NCBI GenBank assembly: GCA_965248055.1
Contig: CBDFIJ010000004.1
Span: forward strand, 1,120,001-1,184,000
Reading direction: 5' to 3'
DNA: 64,000 nucleotides
Source: Candidatus Multivoradales bacterium
GTDB lineage: Bacteria > Acidobacteriota > Thermoanaerobaculia > Multivoradales > JAHEKO01
The notes beneath the pieces were generated by a model. The model made no database searches and was not told the origin of the DNA. It saw only the letters and a program-made list of their open reading frames with translations. The position numbers were made by a program, and so were the translations under genes. Shown here piece by piece: positions 25,897 through 35,564 of the stretch. Each line of letters starts with the position of its first letter. Position 1 is the first letter of the stretch.

Positions 25897-27318
25897 CTAG
25901 CTGGCTCGTTGATGCGAAAACACGGAGAACGTCGTGACATTTCTTTCTTTGCCTTTTAGAACCTCATACGTCTGCAAGCCGAAGAATACTGCTGCACTTT
26001 GGGTAGTGATGGCCGCGACCGAGCGATCCTGAGAGGCGATCCAGGCTGCGTGGTAATTTGATTGAGGGGGTTCTGGTATTCGGGGGAGTACTCGCGCCCG
26101 CTTCTTCATGTAGTCATACACTTGCAGGTATGCGGAATCGACAGCTGCGACTTGCGACGGCCTCTCTCTCGGTGACGCACCGGCAAGAACAAACGACACG
26201 TCAAGCCTGATACTGCCACTTTGTATATAGTGATCTTTAAGCTTTTCAACAGCGCCAGAGGTCATTGTAGGCGGAGTGACTTCGTCTATCCGCGTATTCT
26301 CTACGGGTATGCAGATATGCTCTAGTGTGCCGCCCTCAAACAAGTGCATTGCCTTGTCAAGGCGTTCGAACGGTACAACCACGGGGGGGCGGTCGCGATT
26401 GCGCCTATCAGCACAATAGCGCTGAGCAGCCTCAAACGTAAAAGTGAACGGCATCAATGAACCCACAAATTCAAACCCTCGAATAGGGAGCCTTGAAACA
26501 TCAAGACCATCCAAGAACTTGATAACGTCAAGCGCGAGCTTCCAATGGAAGTTCACTGCATATTTTCTGGGGTCCATGGTGGTCAGCAGTTCCTCTATTA
26601 GATCCACGATCTCTCGATGAGATAGGGCCGGCCCCTGACGCAACAAATGTTGGCGAAAGACGGACAAGCATTCGACCACGTCCGCATGTGGACCAATCGT
26701 GAACAATGAGTTCGCGCGACGGGCGACCCCTCGCTCTTTTGATGAGTAGTGTCGATTGGTGCGATGTAAATAGGTTTCATCTACGATCTGTAGTTGCAAG
26801 GTCAGGCCCTGGCTCTGTTGTACGCGTACCGGGTGCAAAGCAACTCGTCCGCGATATAACGGTAGCGCGGCGAATCGTTCCAGCAGCAGTAGCCAAACGA
26901 GACCATTTTCGGGTAGTTCTGCATCTAAGATGAGGATTCTGGTGTAATCGACACCACGGAGTATCGCCTCCGCCACTGCAGAGACATACTCGCGTGTACG
27001 CTGATCCACCCATTGCGACCCTCGGCCAATCACTTCGATGCGACACTCGGCCTTGCGATCTATGATGGCTGAGATCAGAGCTAGCCCTGCGGCGTCATCA
27101 TCGGTCCTAGCCACTCGATGAGCAGTGTCGAAGAGCGATGAGAGACGTTCAGCAAGTAGTTCGTTGACCAAGCGCCGTGCGGCGCCCTGTACTCTGCGTC
27201 GCCTATGCCTCGCAACTGCAACCCCAAAAACAGCGAGTACGGCCGCAGCAACTAAACCCCCTATCGCTTCAGGCAGCGAGTCGGTCAATACATCTGTGAA
27301 GTCAGCAAACACCACCAT
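25897..27318 (-). CDS. Membrane-anchored protein with unknown middle domain and degenerate prephenate-dehydratase-like C-terminal domain
   Basis: N-terminal TM followed by an Arg cluster; ICIPVENT and AAITTQSAAVFFGL...NVTTFSVF resemble PDT VPIENS and AAIAS..AA..YGL..N.TRF. Confidence 0.7.
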   Translation of the reverse strand: MVVFADFTDVLTDSLPEAIGGLVAAAVLAVFGVAVARHRRRRVQGAARRLVNELLAERLSSLFDTAHRVARTDDDAAGLALISAIIDRKAECRIEVIGRGSQWVDQRTREYVSAVAEAILRGVDYTRILILDAELPENGLVWLLLLERFAALPLYRGRVALHPVRVQQSQGLTLQLQIVDETYLHRTNRHYSSKERGVARRANSLFTIGPHADVVECLSVFRQHLLRQGPALSHREIVDLIEELLTTMDPRKYAVNFHWKLALDVIKFLDGLDVSRLPIRGFEFVGSLMPFTFTFEAAQRYCADRRNRDRPPVVVPFERLDKAMHLFEGGTLEHICIPVENTRIDEVTPPTMTSGAVEKLKDHYIQSGSIRLDVSFVLAGASPRERPSQVAAVDSAYLQVYDYMKKRARVLPRIPEPPQSNYHAAWIASQDRSVAAITTQSAAVFFGLQTYEVLKGKERNVTTFSVFSHQRAS

Positions 27319-27631
27319 CGACCACCAGTTCTACACACGATTGATCAGATGACAGTAACACACCACGCGTTTTGGGCAACGACACGCCAAACGACATTAC
27401 TGCCTCGATCAGTGTTTCACTTTTCGAATGCACCACTACAGAGCACTCATGCGTGGGCTGGATCAAGTCGTCCATCAAAACCCCGATCTGAAGCGCGCTT
27501 TCGACCGCGATCAGGCACTAGTGATCTGCACACTGTTTCCGCTTCGACCAAAGATCATTTCCGTGCATATGAGGTCCACCAAATCAAACAAGTAAGTTCC
27601 AATCCCCCCCAATCCATGCTCAACTAGGCTC

Positions 27632-28888
27632 ATGACCGAATGGATGGAGTTCTGGCCGGCGTTCTTGATCGCATCCGCCATTGGCTTGGTGATCGGTCTG
27701 TTGATCGGGCTAATGATGGGCCAAGCTCGAACTCGCAAACTGGAGATTGAGCGCGCCAAGGAGGCAACTCGCTCCGAAGAAAGGCTGCGGGGCCAGGTTG
27801 ATCTGGCGGAGCAACAAGAGGCGGTGTTTCGCGCCGCTGCGTCGGAGGCGCTGCAAGCCAATAACGATCAATTCCTCAAACTCGCTGAGCAACGATTGAC
27901 CCAAGCCCGCTCGGAGGCGACTTCCGATTTGGAAGCGCGCAAGGTGGCGATCACGCATCTAGTAAAGCCGATGAAAGAAACCTTGGACCGGCTCACCGCC
28001 CAAACGGTGGACCTGGAGCGCCAGCGATCGAAGGCCTACGGCAAATTGGAGCAACACCTTGGCCTGCTGGTCACCCAGACCCAAGATTTGAGCCAGAACA
28101 CAGCGTCGTTATCGACTGCGCTGCGCGGATCGACCGCCGGGGGCCGGTGGGGTGAGATTGCGCTGCGCAATTTGGTGGAGATAGCGGGGATGAATGAGCA
28201 CGTCGACTTTCAGGATCAAGGCAGTCTCCCAGGGGGTGGACGTCCTGACCTGACCATCACGCTGCCGGGCAACCGCTTTATTGCGGTGGACGCCAAGGCG
28301 CCGACGTCCGCCTATTTGGACATTCTCGAAACCGAGGACGCCGACACGGCTAAGCAACGCAGGGCCTCACTGGCTAAGGTGATTCGCGGCCACGTACAGC
28401 AGTTGTCCAGTCGGGAGTACGCCGACCAACTGGAAGGCGACGTCGATTACGTGGTGCTGTTCTTGCCCGCCGACGCAATCCTCGCGGAGGCCTTCAAAGC
28501 GGACCGTGATCTACAGCTAGACGCGTTTCGCAAGCGGGTTTTGGTGGCAACACCGACGATACTGGTGGCCTTGCTACGCACCGTGGCTTTTGACTGGCAA
28601 CGCAATGCGCTAGAGACCAACGCTCACGCAATTGGCGAGCTAGCGGAGACCTTGATCGATCGAGTGTCGCTTTTTGCTCAGAACTTGGGAGAGCTTGGTT
28701 CCAGCCTTGATCGAGCTGTGGGTTCGTACAATCGCGCAGCCAATTCTTTCCGCATGCGGATACGCCCGCTAAAACAAAAACTGGCGGATTTATCGGGGGG
28801 CGAAGGTGCCGAGCGCAAAGATCCAGAGCAGATCACCCAGCGAGTGACCGACCCAGATGTTGGGATCGATGATCGGAGTTCGAACTAG
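27632..28888 (+). CDS. rmuC: DNA recombination protein RmuC
   Basis: N-terminal TM, coiled coil, GRWGEIAL, RPD, VDAKAP, VATPTILVALLRTV. Confidence 0.95.
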   Translation: MTEWMEFWPAFLIASAIGLVIGLLIGLMMGQARTRKLEIERAKEATRSEERLRGQVDLAEQQEAVFRAAASEALQANNDQFLKLAEQRLTQARSEATSDLEARKVAITHLVKPMKETLDRLTAQTVDLERQRSKAYGKLEQHLGLLVTQTQDLSQNTASLSTALRGSTAGGRWGEIALRNLVEIAGMNEHVDFQDQGSLPGGGRPDLTITLPGNRFIAVDAKAPTSAYLDILETEDADTAKQRRASLAKVIRGHVQQLSSREYADQLEGDVDYVVLFLPADAILAEAFKADRDLQLDAFRKRVLVATPTILVALLRTVAFDWQRNALETNAHAIGELAETLIDRVSLFAQNLGELGSSLDRAVGSYNRAANSFRMRIRPLKQKLADLSGGEGAERKDPEQITQRVTDPDVGIDDRSSN

Positions 28889-28894
28889 GGTTGA

Positions 28895-29689
28895 CTAGCG
28901 GCGGGACGGCGGCGCCAAGAGCGGGTTTTCCGTCATTGGCATTTCGGTCATCGGATCGACGCGCACGATATCGACGCGTCGTTTGCGTATTCCTTTTTCG
29001 GTCTTGGTGACCACCAAAAGATCCTGCAGATAGCCACCCACCGGAATCACCAGCTTGCCACCGACCTTGAGTTGGTCGATCAGCGCCTCGGGAATGCTGC
29101 GTGGAGCCGCGGAGACCAAAATGCGGTCAAAGGGTGCCTTCTCCGGCCAGCCTTGATAGCCATCGCCGGTCTTGACTTCGACGTTGTCAAAGCCCAGCCG
29201 AGACAACAAACTGCGCGCTTGATCGGCCAATTCTGGCACGATCTCAATGCTGTAGACCTCACCCGCGAGGGAAGCCAGAATCGCCGCCTGGTATCCAGAG
29301 CCGGTGCCAATTTCCAGCACTCTCTGGTCCCGGTCGAGATCCATCAACGAGGCGGTCAAGGCCACCAAGTAAGGCTGCGGAATACTTTGATCTTGACCGA
29401 TTGGTAGCGCCACATCTTCATAGGCGCGGGCATTGAACTCGCCTGGAAGAAATGCGTGGCGAGGGATATCTTGCATGGCACCGAGAACGCCGGAATCGAC
29501 AATTCCACGCGCTTTCAACTGAGAATCCACCATTTGCCGCCGTTCGGCAGTGCGCTGCTCAAAATCGGCAAAGACATCGCTCGCCTGGGCCCAGTGCGGC
29601 ACCGCGACCAGGAGCATGGCCAGCGCCAAGCCCCGATGGGATCTGCCGCCAGTTGCTGTCTGAGTTTGCTGTTCGCGAATGGGGCGCAT
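28895..29689 (-). CDS. pcm: Protein-L-isoaspartate O-methyltransferase
   Basis: VLEIGTGSGYQAAILA, GDGYQGWPEKAPFDRI, QLKVGGKLVIPVG. Start uncertain. Confidence 0.95.
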   Translation of the reverse strand: MRPIREQQTQTATGGRSHRGLALAMLLVAVPHWAQASDVFADFEQRTAERRQMVDSQLKARGIVDSGVLGAMQDIPRHAFLPGEFNARAYEDVALPIGQDQSIPQPYLVALTASLMDLDRDQRVLEIGTGSGYQAAILASLAGEVYSIEIVPELADQARSLLSRLGFDNVEVKTGDGYQGWPEKAPFDRILVSAAPRSIPEALIDQLKVGGKLVIPVGGYLQDLLVVTKTEKGIRKRRVDIVRVDPMTEMPMTENPLLAPPSRR

Positions 29690-29970
29690 GGTTGCGGATT
29701 GTCTTTTGCTTTTCAATTCAAGCCCTGGAAAATAGAACCTGGACTGTGGAATCATCCCACGGTTTGGGAAAATTCTCGTCTTCATTAGGCGGACAGTGCA
29801 AGGCTTGCGCCAGAACTACGCAGAATCTCCGTCAAGTAGTTTCAGTCAGGCTGGGCCAGAGCGAGACGTCCACGAACACCCACAAAGCAGCGACCCTATG
29901 ACCTGCTTTGCCAAACTGCTGCGGCCAGCGGTAGATACAAAGGCCGCAGGCTGATCGTAGAATGGGCCCG

Positions 29971-31227
29971 ATGCGTGTTCATCTGTCCAACTTGGGTTGC
30001 AAACTCAACCAAGCCGAAATCGAGGCGTTGGGGCGGCAGTTCACCGCCCTCGGTCATCAGATCGTGCCGTCAATCGATGCCGCGGAAGTTCACGTGATCA
30101 ACAGTTGTACCGTCACCCACGTTGCCGATCGCAGCTCGCGCAAACTGGCGCGCAGGGGTGCTCGTGTCCAACCGGGAATCAAGACCGTGCTCACCGGCTG
30201 CTATGCAACCAGCTCAGCCGAGGAAGCTGCACGGTTGGCCGGGGTCGACCTGGTGGTCGACAACCAACAGAAGGACGATTTGGTTGACATGGTGCTGACC
30301 GCGTTTCCTGAGTTTGCCGGAGCGGAGATAGTTCCTGAATTGCCCTACGGCCAGTCAGCAATCGCTGCTGGCCGTTCCCGCGCCGCGGTGAAGATCGAAG
30401 ATGGATGCAACATGCGTTGCTCCTTTTGCATTATTCCGTTTACCCGGGGAGCGCAAACCAGCCGTTCGCCGCAAGAGATCAAGCAAGAGGTGGCGTCGTT
30501 GGTGGCTGATGGCCTACAGGAGATCGTGCTGACTGGAGTGCAGATTTCGTCCTATGAATGGGGCGATCTGCGGCTCTACGACTTGGTCGAACAAGTGTTG
30601 GAGGTGGTCTCGCCAGCGCGCTTGCGCCTGACCTCGATCGCTCCTTGGAACTTTGACTCCCGCCTGTTGGAGCTGCTGGCAGATAGCTCGGTGTGCCCTC
30701 ACGTTCATCTCTCGCTGCAGAGCGGTGCTGATGCCACACTGGAGCGCATGCGACGCCCTTACTCAACGGCTGAATACCAGGAGTTGGTTGCGGCGATTCG
30801 GCAAGCCCAACCGACCGTAGGAATAACCACCGACGTGATTGTCGGTTTCCCGGGAGAGTCCGAGCAGGAATTCGCGGAATCGTTAGAGACGGTGTCTGGA
30901 ATCCAGTTTGCCAAGATTCACGCTTTCCCCTATTCACGGCGGCCAGGAACCAGCGCTGACTTGCTGGATCAGCATCTGGATCCCAGCGTCATTCGCCAAC
31001 GGATGCAGCAGATGCTGCAGGTGGCCGAGGTTGCTGAACGGAAATTTTACGATCGGCAGTTCGGGCGTCAATTGCAGGTCTTGTGGGAAAGTTGGGATAA
31101 CCACACCGCGATCGGGACCAGTGACAACTACGTCAAAGTCTCCGGCCACACCAAGCCAGAGCGTATGGGATCGCTGCGACGAGAGACCATTCGCGCGGGA
31201 GAAAACGGACAATTATGGGCAGCATGA
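29971..31227 (+). CDS. mtaB: tRNA t6A37 methylthiotransferase (radical SAM)
   Basis: LGCKLNQAE, INSCTVT, DGCNMRCSFC, HLSLQSG, HAFPYSRRPGT. Confidence 0.88.
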   Translation: MRVHLSNLGCKLNQAEIEALGRQFTALGHQIVPSIDAAEVHVINSCTVTHVADRSSRKLARRGARVQPGIKTVLTGCYATSSAEEAARLAGVDLVVDNQQKDDLVDMVLTAFPEFAGAEIVPELPYGQSAIAAGRSRAAVKIEDGCNMRCSFCIIPFTRGAQTSRSPQEIKQEVASLVADGLQEIVLTGVQISSYEWGDLRLYDLVEQVLEVVSPARLRLTSIAPWNFDSRLLELLADSSVCPHVHLSLQSGADATLERMRRPYSTAEYQELVAAIRQAQPTVGITTDVIVGFPGESEQEFAESLETVSGIQFAKIHAFPYSRRPGTSADLLDQHLDPSVIRQRMQQMLQVAEVAERKFYDRQFGRQLQVLWESWDNHTAIGTSDNYVKVSGHTKPERMGSLRRETIRAGENGQLWAA

Positions 31228-32591
31228 GCAACCAACCTTCTCGGGATACGACACCGGACCCCGTTCAGCCGAAACCAACGTTCGAGGAAGTCTTGGATCG
31301 CCTCAACAAGGCGCTGCGCCGCTCCTGCGCAGATGAAACGGAGTTGACGTGGATCCACAGCCAACGGTTGTCGATGGGCAGCCATGGTCGTTCGACCAAG
31401 GTACACACATTGGGCGACTCGACGATTCTGGTGAGAACGCTAGACAACAAACGGCTCGGGTCTCACCGAGCGGTGTTGAGCCCAGAACTGTCAATCGAGG
31501 ACACGGTGCGCCAATCGGTCGCCCACTCTAGGAGCCGCTCGGCAAGTCCGCTCAAGTCCTTTGCCCCGCGCAGCGAGTCGATGCCGATCGATCTCAAGAG
31601 TCACGTTGACCCGGCGATCGATCAGCTGTCGGTGAGCGGTGCCAAGAAACTCCTGGGCAGCCTGGGAAAACGACGAGAGCGTCATGCCATGCGCTGGGGA
31701 GGCACCGACATTGCGATCGTCAACAGCCGCGGCTTGGAGACTGGGACACGAGTCTCTGGGCTGGCGTTGGAAGTCTGGAGCGGCCGCAGGATGGGCGCGG
31801 GAAGGGCCGCTAGATCGTGGCGCAAGCTCGACAAGAGTGGGTTGGCAACGGTCTACCAAACCGCGCGCGACCGCGACGCCTCTGGAGACATCGCCGACCT
31901 GCCCGAGGGCGGAGTTCCAATCGCCTTGGGGCCCGAGGCAACCGCGCGCATCTGGGGGTTGATCCACGACGCAGGATTTTCGGCGTCGGCCTATCGACCG
32001 CAGGAATCGTTTCTGCGCAAATACTCTGGAACCCAGGTATTTGATTCTCGAATCTCTCTGATCGACGACGGAACCGACCCCAAAGGCCTAGCGCTGCCGA
32101 TCGACTTTGAAGGCTGCCGCAAGCGACGTGTCTCGCTGATTAAAAAGGGTGTTCCGCAAGGTCCAGCATTGGATCTTCGCCAAGCGGCGATCTTTGGCCT
32201 CAAGGCAACCGGGCACTCGGTGGCTGGCAATGATTCGCGCGCCAGCCACTTGTTCTTGAGTTCAGGAGAGTTGGACGACGACCAGGTCTTGCATTCGGCA
32301 AACGGAGGCCTGTGGATCGGCTGGATTAGCCATATTGAGTGCTTTGACAGCCAACGGATGCTGTTTCGCGCTCATGCTTCCAATGTGCGTCGCATCGTCG
32401 ACGGAAAACGCGAAGCGCCGGTATTCGACCTCATCTGGGAGGACAGTCTGCTGCGGGTCGGGGCGGCGATCTCCGGTCTCGGTACGACCACCGCAACTTG
32501 GTCGCCAGAGAGCTTACTCGGCAGTTGGAGCGGGCCGTCGATGGTGGTTTCGGGAGTCGATAATCTGCGCGTTCGGCCAGGATTGGCTTAG
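31224..32591 (+). CDS. TldE/PmbA-like metallopeptidase subunit
   Basis: IVNSRG, ISLIDDG, PIDFEG, ATGH; ATGA overlap with mtaB. Confidence 0.8.
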   Translation: MSNQPSRDTTPDPVQPKPTFEEVLDRLNKALRRSCADETELTWIHSQRLSMGSHGRSTKVHTLGDSTILVRTLDNKRLGSHRAVLSPELSIEDTVRQSVAHSRSRSASPLKSFAPRSESMPIDLKSHVDPAIDQLSVSGAKKLLGSLGKRRERHAMRWGGTDIAIVNSRGLETGTRVSGLALEVWSGRRMGAGRAARSWRKLDKSGLATVYQTARDRDASGDIADLPEGGVPIALGPEATARIWGLIHDAGFSASAYRPQESFLRKYSGTQVFDSRISLIDDGTDPKGLALPIDFEGCRKRRVSLIKKGVPQGPALDLRQAAIFGLKATGHSVAGNDSRASHLFLSSGELDDDQVLHSANGGLWIGWISHIECFDSQRMLFRAHASNVRRIVDGKREAPVFDLIWEDSLLRVGAAISGLGTTTATWSPESLLGSWSGPSMVVSGVDNLRVRPGLA

Positions 32592-32632
32592 TGGCAACAA
32601 CCTGGCGCAGTAACGACCTGTGCGGTAATCAA

Positions 32633-34177
32633 CTAGTGCACGCGCTTGGCAACCAATAGCGTCTCATCGTCGGCTTGCGGCGCGCCGCGCGAAAATGATT
32701 CCACCGCCAAACGAATCCGGTCGACGATCACCGCTACCGGCTGGTCTTTGGAATCGGTGAGAACGGTCTTGAGTCGATCGAGGCCGAACTCCGCTCCCTC
32801 GGTAGAAGCCGCCTCGGTGATGCCGTCGGAGTAGATGCACAAGATATCTCCCACCGCCATCGCCGCAGTTGCGGTTCGGTAGGGCGCCCCGGCGATCATT
32901 CCCAGCGGCATCCCCCCCGAACCCAGCTCCCGAGTGGCCCCGTCTGAGGACACTATTAGTGCTGGATTGTGCCCGGCATTGCCATACAGCAACTCGGCAC
33001 CGTTGGGACCCACTTCAGCGATGAAGAAGGTTACGAACTTGTTGGCCGCACTGTAGGCCGCAATGTGGTTATTGAGACGGCTGAGTAGCTCCTGGCTGAC
33101 GCCGAATTGGTCCAGCGAGAGTCGCAACGCCGAGTGAATGGTCGACACCAACAACGCAGCCGGAACCCCCTTGCCAGAGACGTCACCAACGAGCAATGCC
33201 GCCCGCTCTCCGGGCAGCAGGATGAGGTCGTGATAATCGCCGCCCACGTGCCGCGCCGACTGACTCCAAGCGGCAAACTGATAGCCATCCAGGGTTGGTA
33301 GTTCCCGCGGCAGCAAGCGATCTTGGATTTCCGAAGCCAGCTCCATCTCGCGCTCCAGACGCTCCTTGTCCAAGGCTTCACGATGCAATCGAGCGTTCTC
33401 CAAGGCGATCGCAGCCTGGCTGGCGAACAGACCTAGGGTGGGGGCATCGGCTGAGGAAAAAGGACCCACGCCACTGCGGCTCTCTTTGTCTCCGGCCACC
33501 AACAGACCCAGTTGTCGGCAGTCGGCCTCGATCGGCCGAGCCAAGACGTGAGAGGCACCGGGCAACAAACCCAAACTCTCCACTTTGTCGCTCAGGCCTT
33601 CGAATTGTTCGGGCGTCGCTTCGATACGGTCTAGGGCATCTCCGCCGACCGTTCCGGCCAGCTTCGCCTCGCCATCTTCAAACAGGTACAAGGCACCGCG
33701 GCGGGCGTCCAAGAGTGCCACCGTACGCAACAAGATTTCCTCAATCAATTGACTGCGGTCCAAGGTCGAGGCAATCGCCAAACCAACGTCGTAGAGCGAC
33801 TGCAGGCGCACGTCATCCAGCCCCGACTGGAAACGTCGATGTTTGATTTCGCGCTCCAGGTGTTGGCCGCGCAGCAGCGCCGAGACCAGCGTCACGGATG
33901 GGGGTCGTTGTTCTCGAGATTCAGCATCGGCGGAAAAGGCGATCAATCCGCCATCGACTTGGATCGCGGGTCCATCGTCGTCGCTGGTCCATCGTTCCGG
34001 GGTCCCGTCTCCCACTCCCACCCAGCGCACGTAGTCGCCGTGGTCGGAAGGTACATAGGCGGCAGCCCCGGTTGCCGAATAGCACAGCAGCAGGTCTTCG
34101 AGCGCTGCCCGGACGTCTGCAGTTGGAGATTGGGTTTGCAACGACCCCAGGCTAGCTGCGGTGGGCACCCTCATCAA
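32633..34177 (-). CDS. GAF plus SpoIIE/PP2C phosphatase (RsbU-like)
   Basis: VGGDYHD, GDVSGKG, NAGHNP, SDGITEA, DDETL. Confidence 0.93.
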   Translation of the reverse strand: MMRVPTAASLGSLQTQSPTADVRAALEDLLLCYSATGAAAYVPSDHGDYVRWVGVGDGTPERWTSDDDGPAIQVDGGLIAFSADAESREQRPPSVTLVSALLRGQHLEREIKHRRFQSGLDDVRLQSLYDVGLAIASTLDRSQLIEEILLRTVALLDARRGALYLFEDGEAKLAGTVGGDALDRIEATPEQFEGLSDKVESLGLLPGASHVLARPIEADCRQLGLLVAGDKESRSGVGPFSSADAPTLGLFASQAAIALENARLHREALDKERLEREMELASEIQDRLLPRELPTLDGYQFAAWSQSARHVGGDYHDLILLPGERAALLVGDVSGKGVPAALLVSTIHSALRLSLDQFGVSQELLSRLNNHIAAYSAANKFVTFFIAEVGPNGAELLYGNAGHNPALIVSSDGATRELGSGGMPLGMIAGAPYRTATAAMAVGDILCIYSDGITEAASTEGAEFGLDRLKTVLTDSKDQPVAVIVDRIRLAVESFSRGAPQADDETLLVAKRVH

Positions 34178-34182
34178 AGTCT

Positions 34183-34551
34183 CTATTCAGCTGGGTCGGT
34201 TGCCGCAGCCAGCGATTCGACCGCACTCGCTTCATCCTGGTAGATGCCGGCATACTGGGCTAAGCCCATAATGTGGAAGGTCTTCTCGATGGTCGGTGTT
34301 AGATCACAAAAGGCAAGGCGCCCCTCACGCTCGATCATGTTTTCCAGCACTTCGATCAAGATAGAAATGCCAATCGAGTTGACGATCTTGGTGCGCGCCA
34401 AATTGAGCAACAAGGTGCGCTCACCGCTGGCCATTAATTCCGAGGCGTGCTTGGCGATTTCCTCGCCGCCCTGGTTGTTGATGTAACCATCGGTGTAAAT
34501 CACCGCGAGGCCGTCACGCCGTTCTACAAGTATTTTTAGCTGGTCGGTCAT
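34183..34551 (-). CDS. STAS anti-sigma-factor antagonist (RsbV-like)
   Basis: LLLNLARTKIVNSIGISIL; operon context. Confidence 0.9.
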   Translation of the reverse strand: MTDQLKILVERRDGLAVIYTDGYINNQGGEEIAKHASELMASGERTLLLNLARTKIVNSIGISILIEVLENMIEREGRLAFCDLTPTIEKTFHIMGLAQYAGIYQDEASAVESLAAATDPAE

Positions 34552-34562
34552 CGTCTTTGTTC

Positions 34563-34982
34563 CTAGCGCATTTTCCTCATGATGACGGTGGTTCCAGCCT
34601 CACCAGACTGGAACTCTACCTCGTCCATCAGGCCGCGGATAATCTGCATCCCCCAACCCCGTTTCCGCGTGGCGTGGATTTTATCTTCGATCTTGGAATC
34701 GGCAACCGATCCAGGGTCAAAACCAACGCCGCGGTCCTTCACCTCTACCTGCAGAAACTCCGGCTTGACCCGGAACCGCAGATAGACATGGCGATCCTCA
34801 GCCGCGCTGTGTTCGATGACATTGATGCAAGCTTCGACGACGGCGATCCGAACCTCGTCAGCCTTGTCTGCATCAAGGCCCATAAAACTAGCCACCGCGC
34901 TCGCGGTCTGGCTTGCCGAAACCTCCATGTCCGCTTCCATGGGAAGCGTCAGCTCGACATCTTGTTCTTCTGGACGGGGCAT
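34563..34982 (-). CDS. Anti-sigma factor / serine kinase (RsbW-like)
   Basis: EACINVIEH, DRGVGFDP, RGWGMQII, LMDEV. Confidence 0.92.
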   Translation of the reverse strand: MPRPEEQDVELTLPMEADMEVSASQTASAVASFMGLDADKADEVRIAVVEACINVIEHSAAEDRHVYLRFRVKPEFLQVEVKDRGVGFDPGSVADSKIEDKIHATRKRGWGMQIIRGLMDEVEFQSGEAGTTVIMRKMR

Positions 34983-35136
34983 GAGGAGCGCCTATTCTCC
35001 GCTATCGAAGGCAGAACTCCAACTCTCGATCCGCGGCACCATCGACCGATCGAGGCTTTGACCTTGATTGAGACTCTTGCTTTGACTTTTGAAAACGGGA
35101 CTCATGGACGGCAACCGACCTAGACGCCGAAGCACT

Positions 35137-35322
35137 CTAAAACGCCAAGAACAGCTGCAACAGGATCAGTGCGACTGGGCTAAGCGCGTCCGAAACCAGA
35201 AGTAAGCCAAACACTGCGATTACCGCGGGAACCCACGCGCGCAACACAGCAACCGGTCGTAAACGACCGCCAACCTCGGAGTAGGTAGATTCTGCTGTGC
35301 GCAGGTGCAGGGTATCCAACAT
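35137..35322 (-). CDS. Small hydrophobic protein (61 aa)
   Basis: Hydrophobic C-terminal half; lies directly after a sigma54 promoter motif. Confidence 0.5.
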   Translation of the reverse strand: MLDTLHLRTAESTYSEVGGRLRPVAVLRAWVPAVIAVFGLLLVSDALSPVALILLQLFLAF

Positions 35323-35335
35323 CGCCTGACAGCAT

Positions 35336-35351
35336 CGCAAGGCCCCTGCCA
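35336..35351 (-). promoter_or_regulatory. Sigma54 -24/-12 promoter
   Basis: TGGCAGGGGCCTTGCG fits TGGCAnnnnnnTTGC with exact GG-N10-GC spacing; lies downstream of a sigma54 activator gene. Confidence 0.65.
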
Positions 35352-35564
35352 GCCTACCTCAGCCTTCCCTAATGGTTCTCTAAGTGCTTTAAATTCCGCA
35401 CTTAAGAATCCTGGAGTTTATCCCTCTCAGAACACACCGAGAAACTACATGCGGCATAATGTCTCTCTCCTGGGAAAATCTAAAAACAATTCGTAACAAT
35501 CGGCCCAGATTGCCTCACGAAATGATCAATAGGGGCAATTTGCCACACAAGGGGCGAAACGCCG

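Noticed and set aside
27319-27631. attR copy of the tRNA-Ala 3' end closing a genomic island
   Set aside because: Only a 7-bp TCCACCA match, which is expected by chance; no intact integrase nearby.
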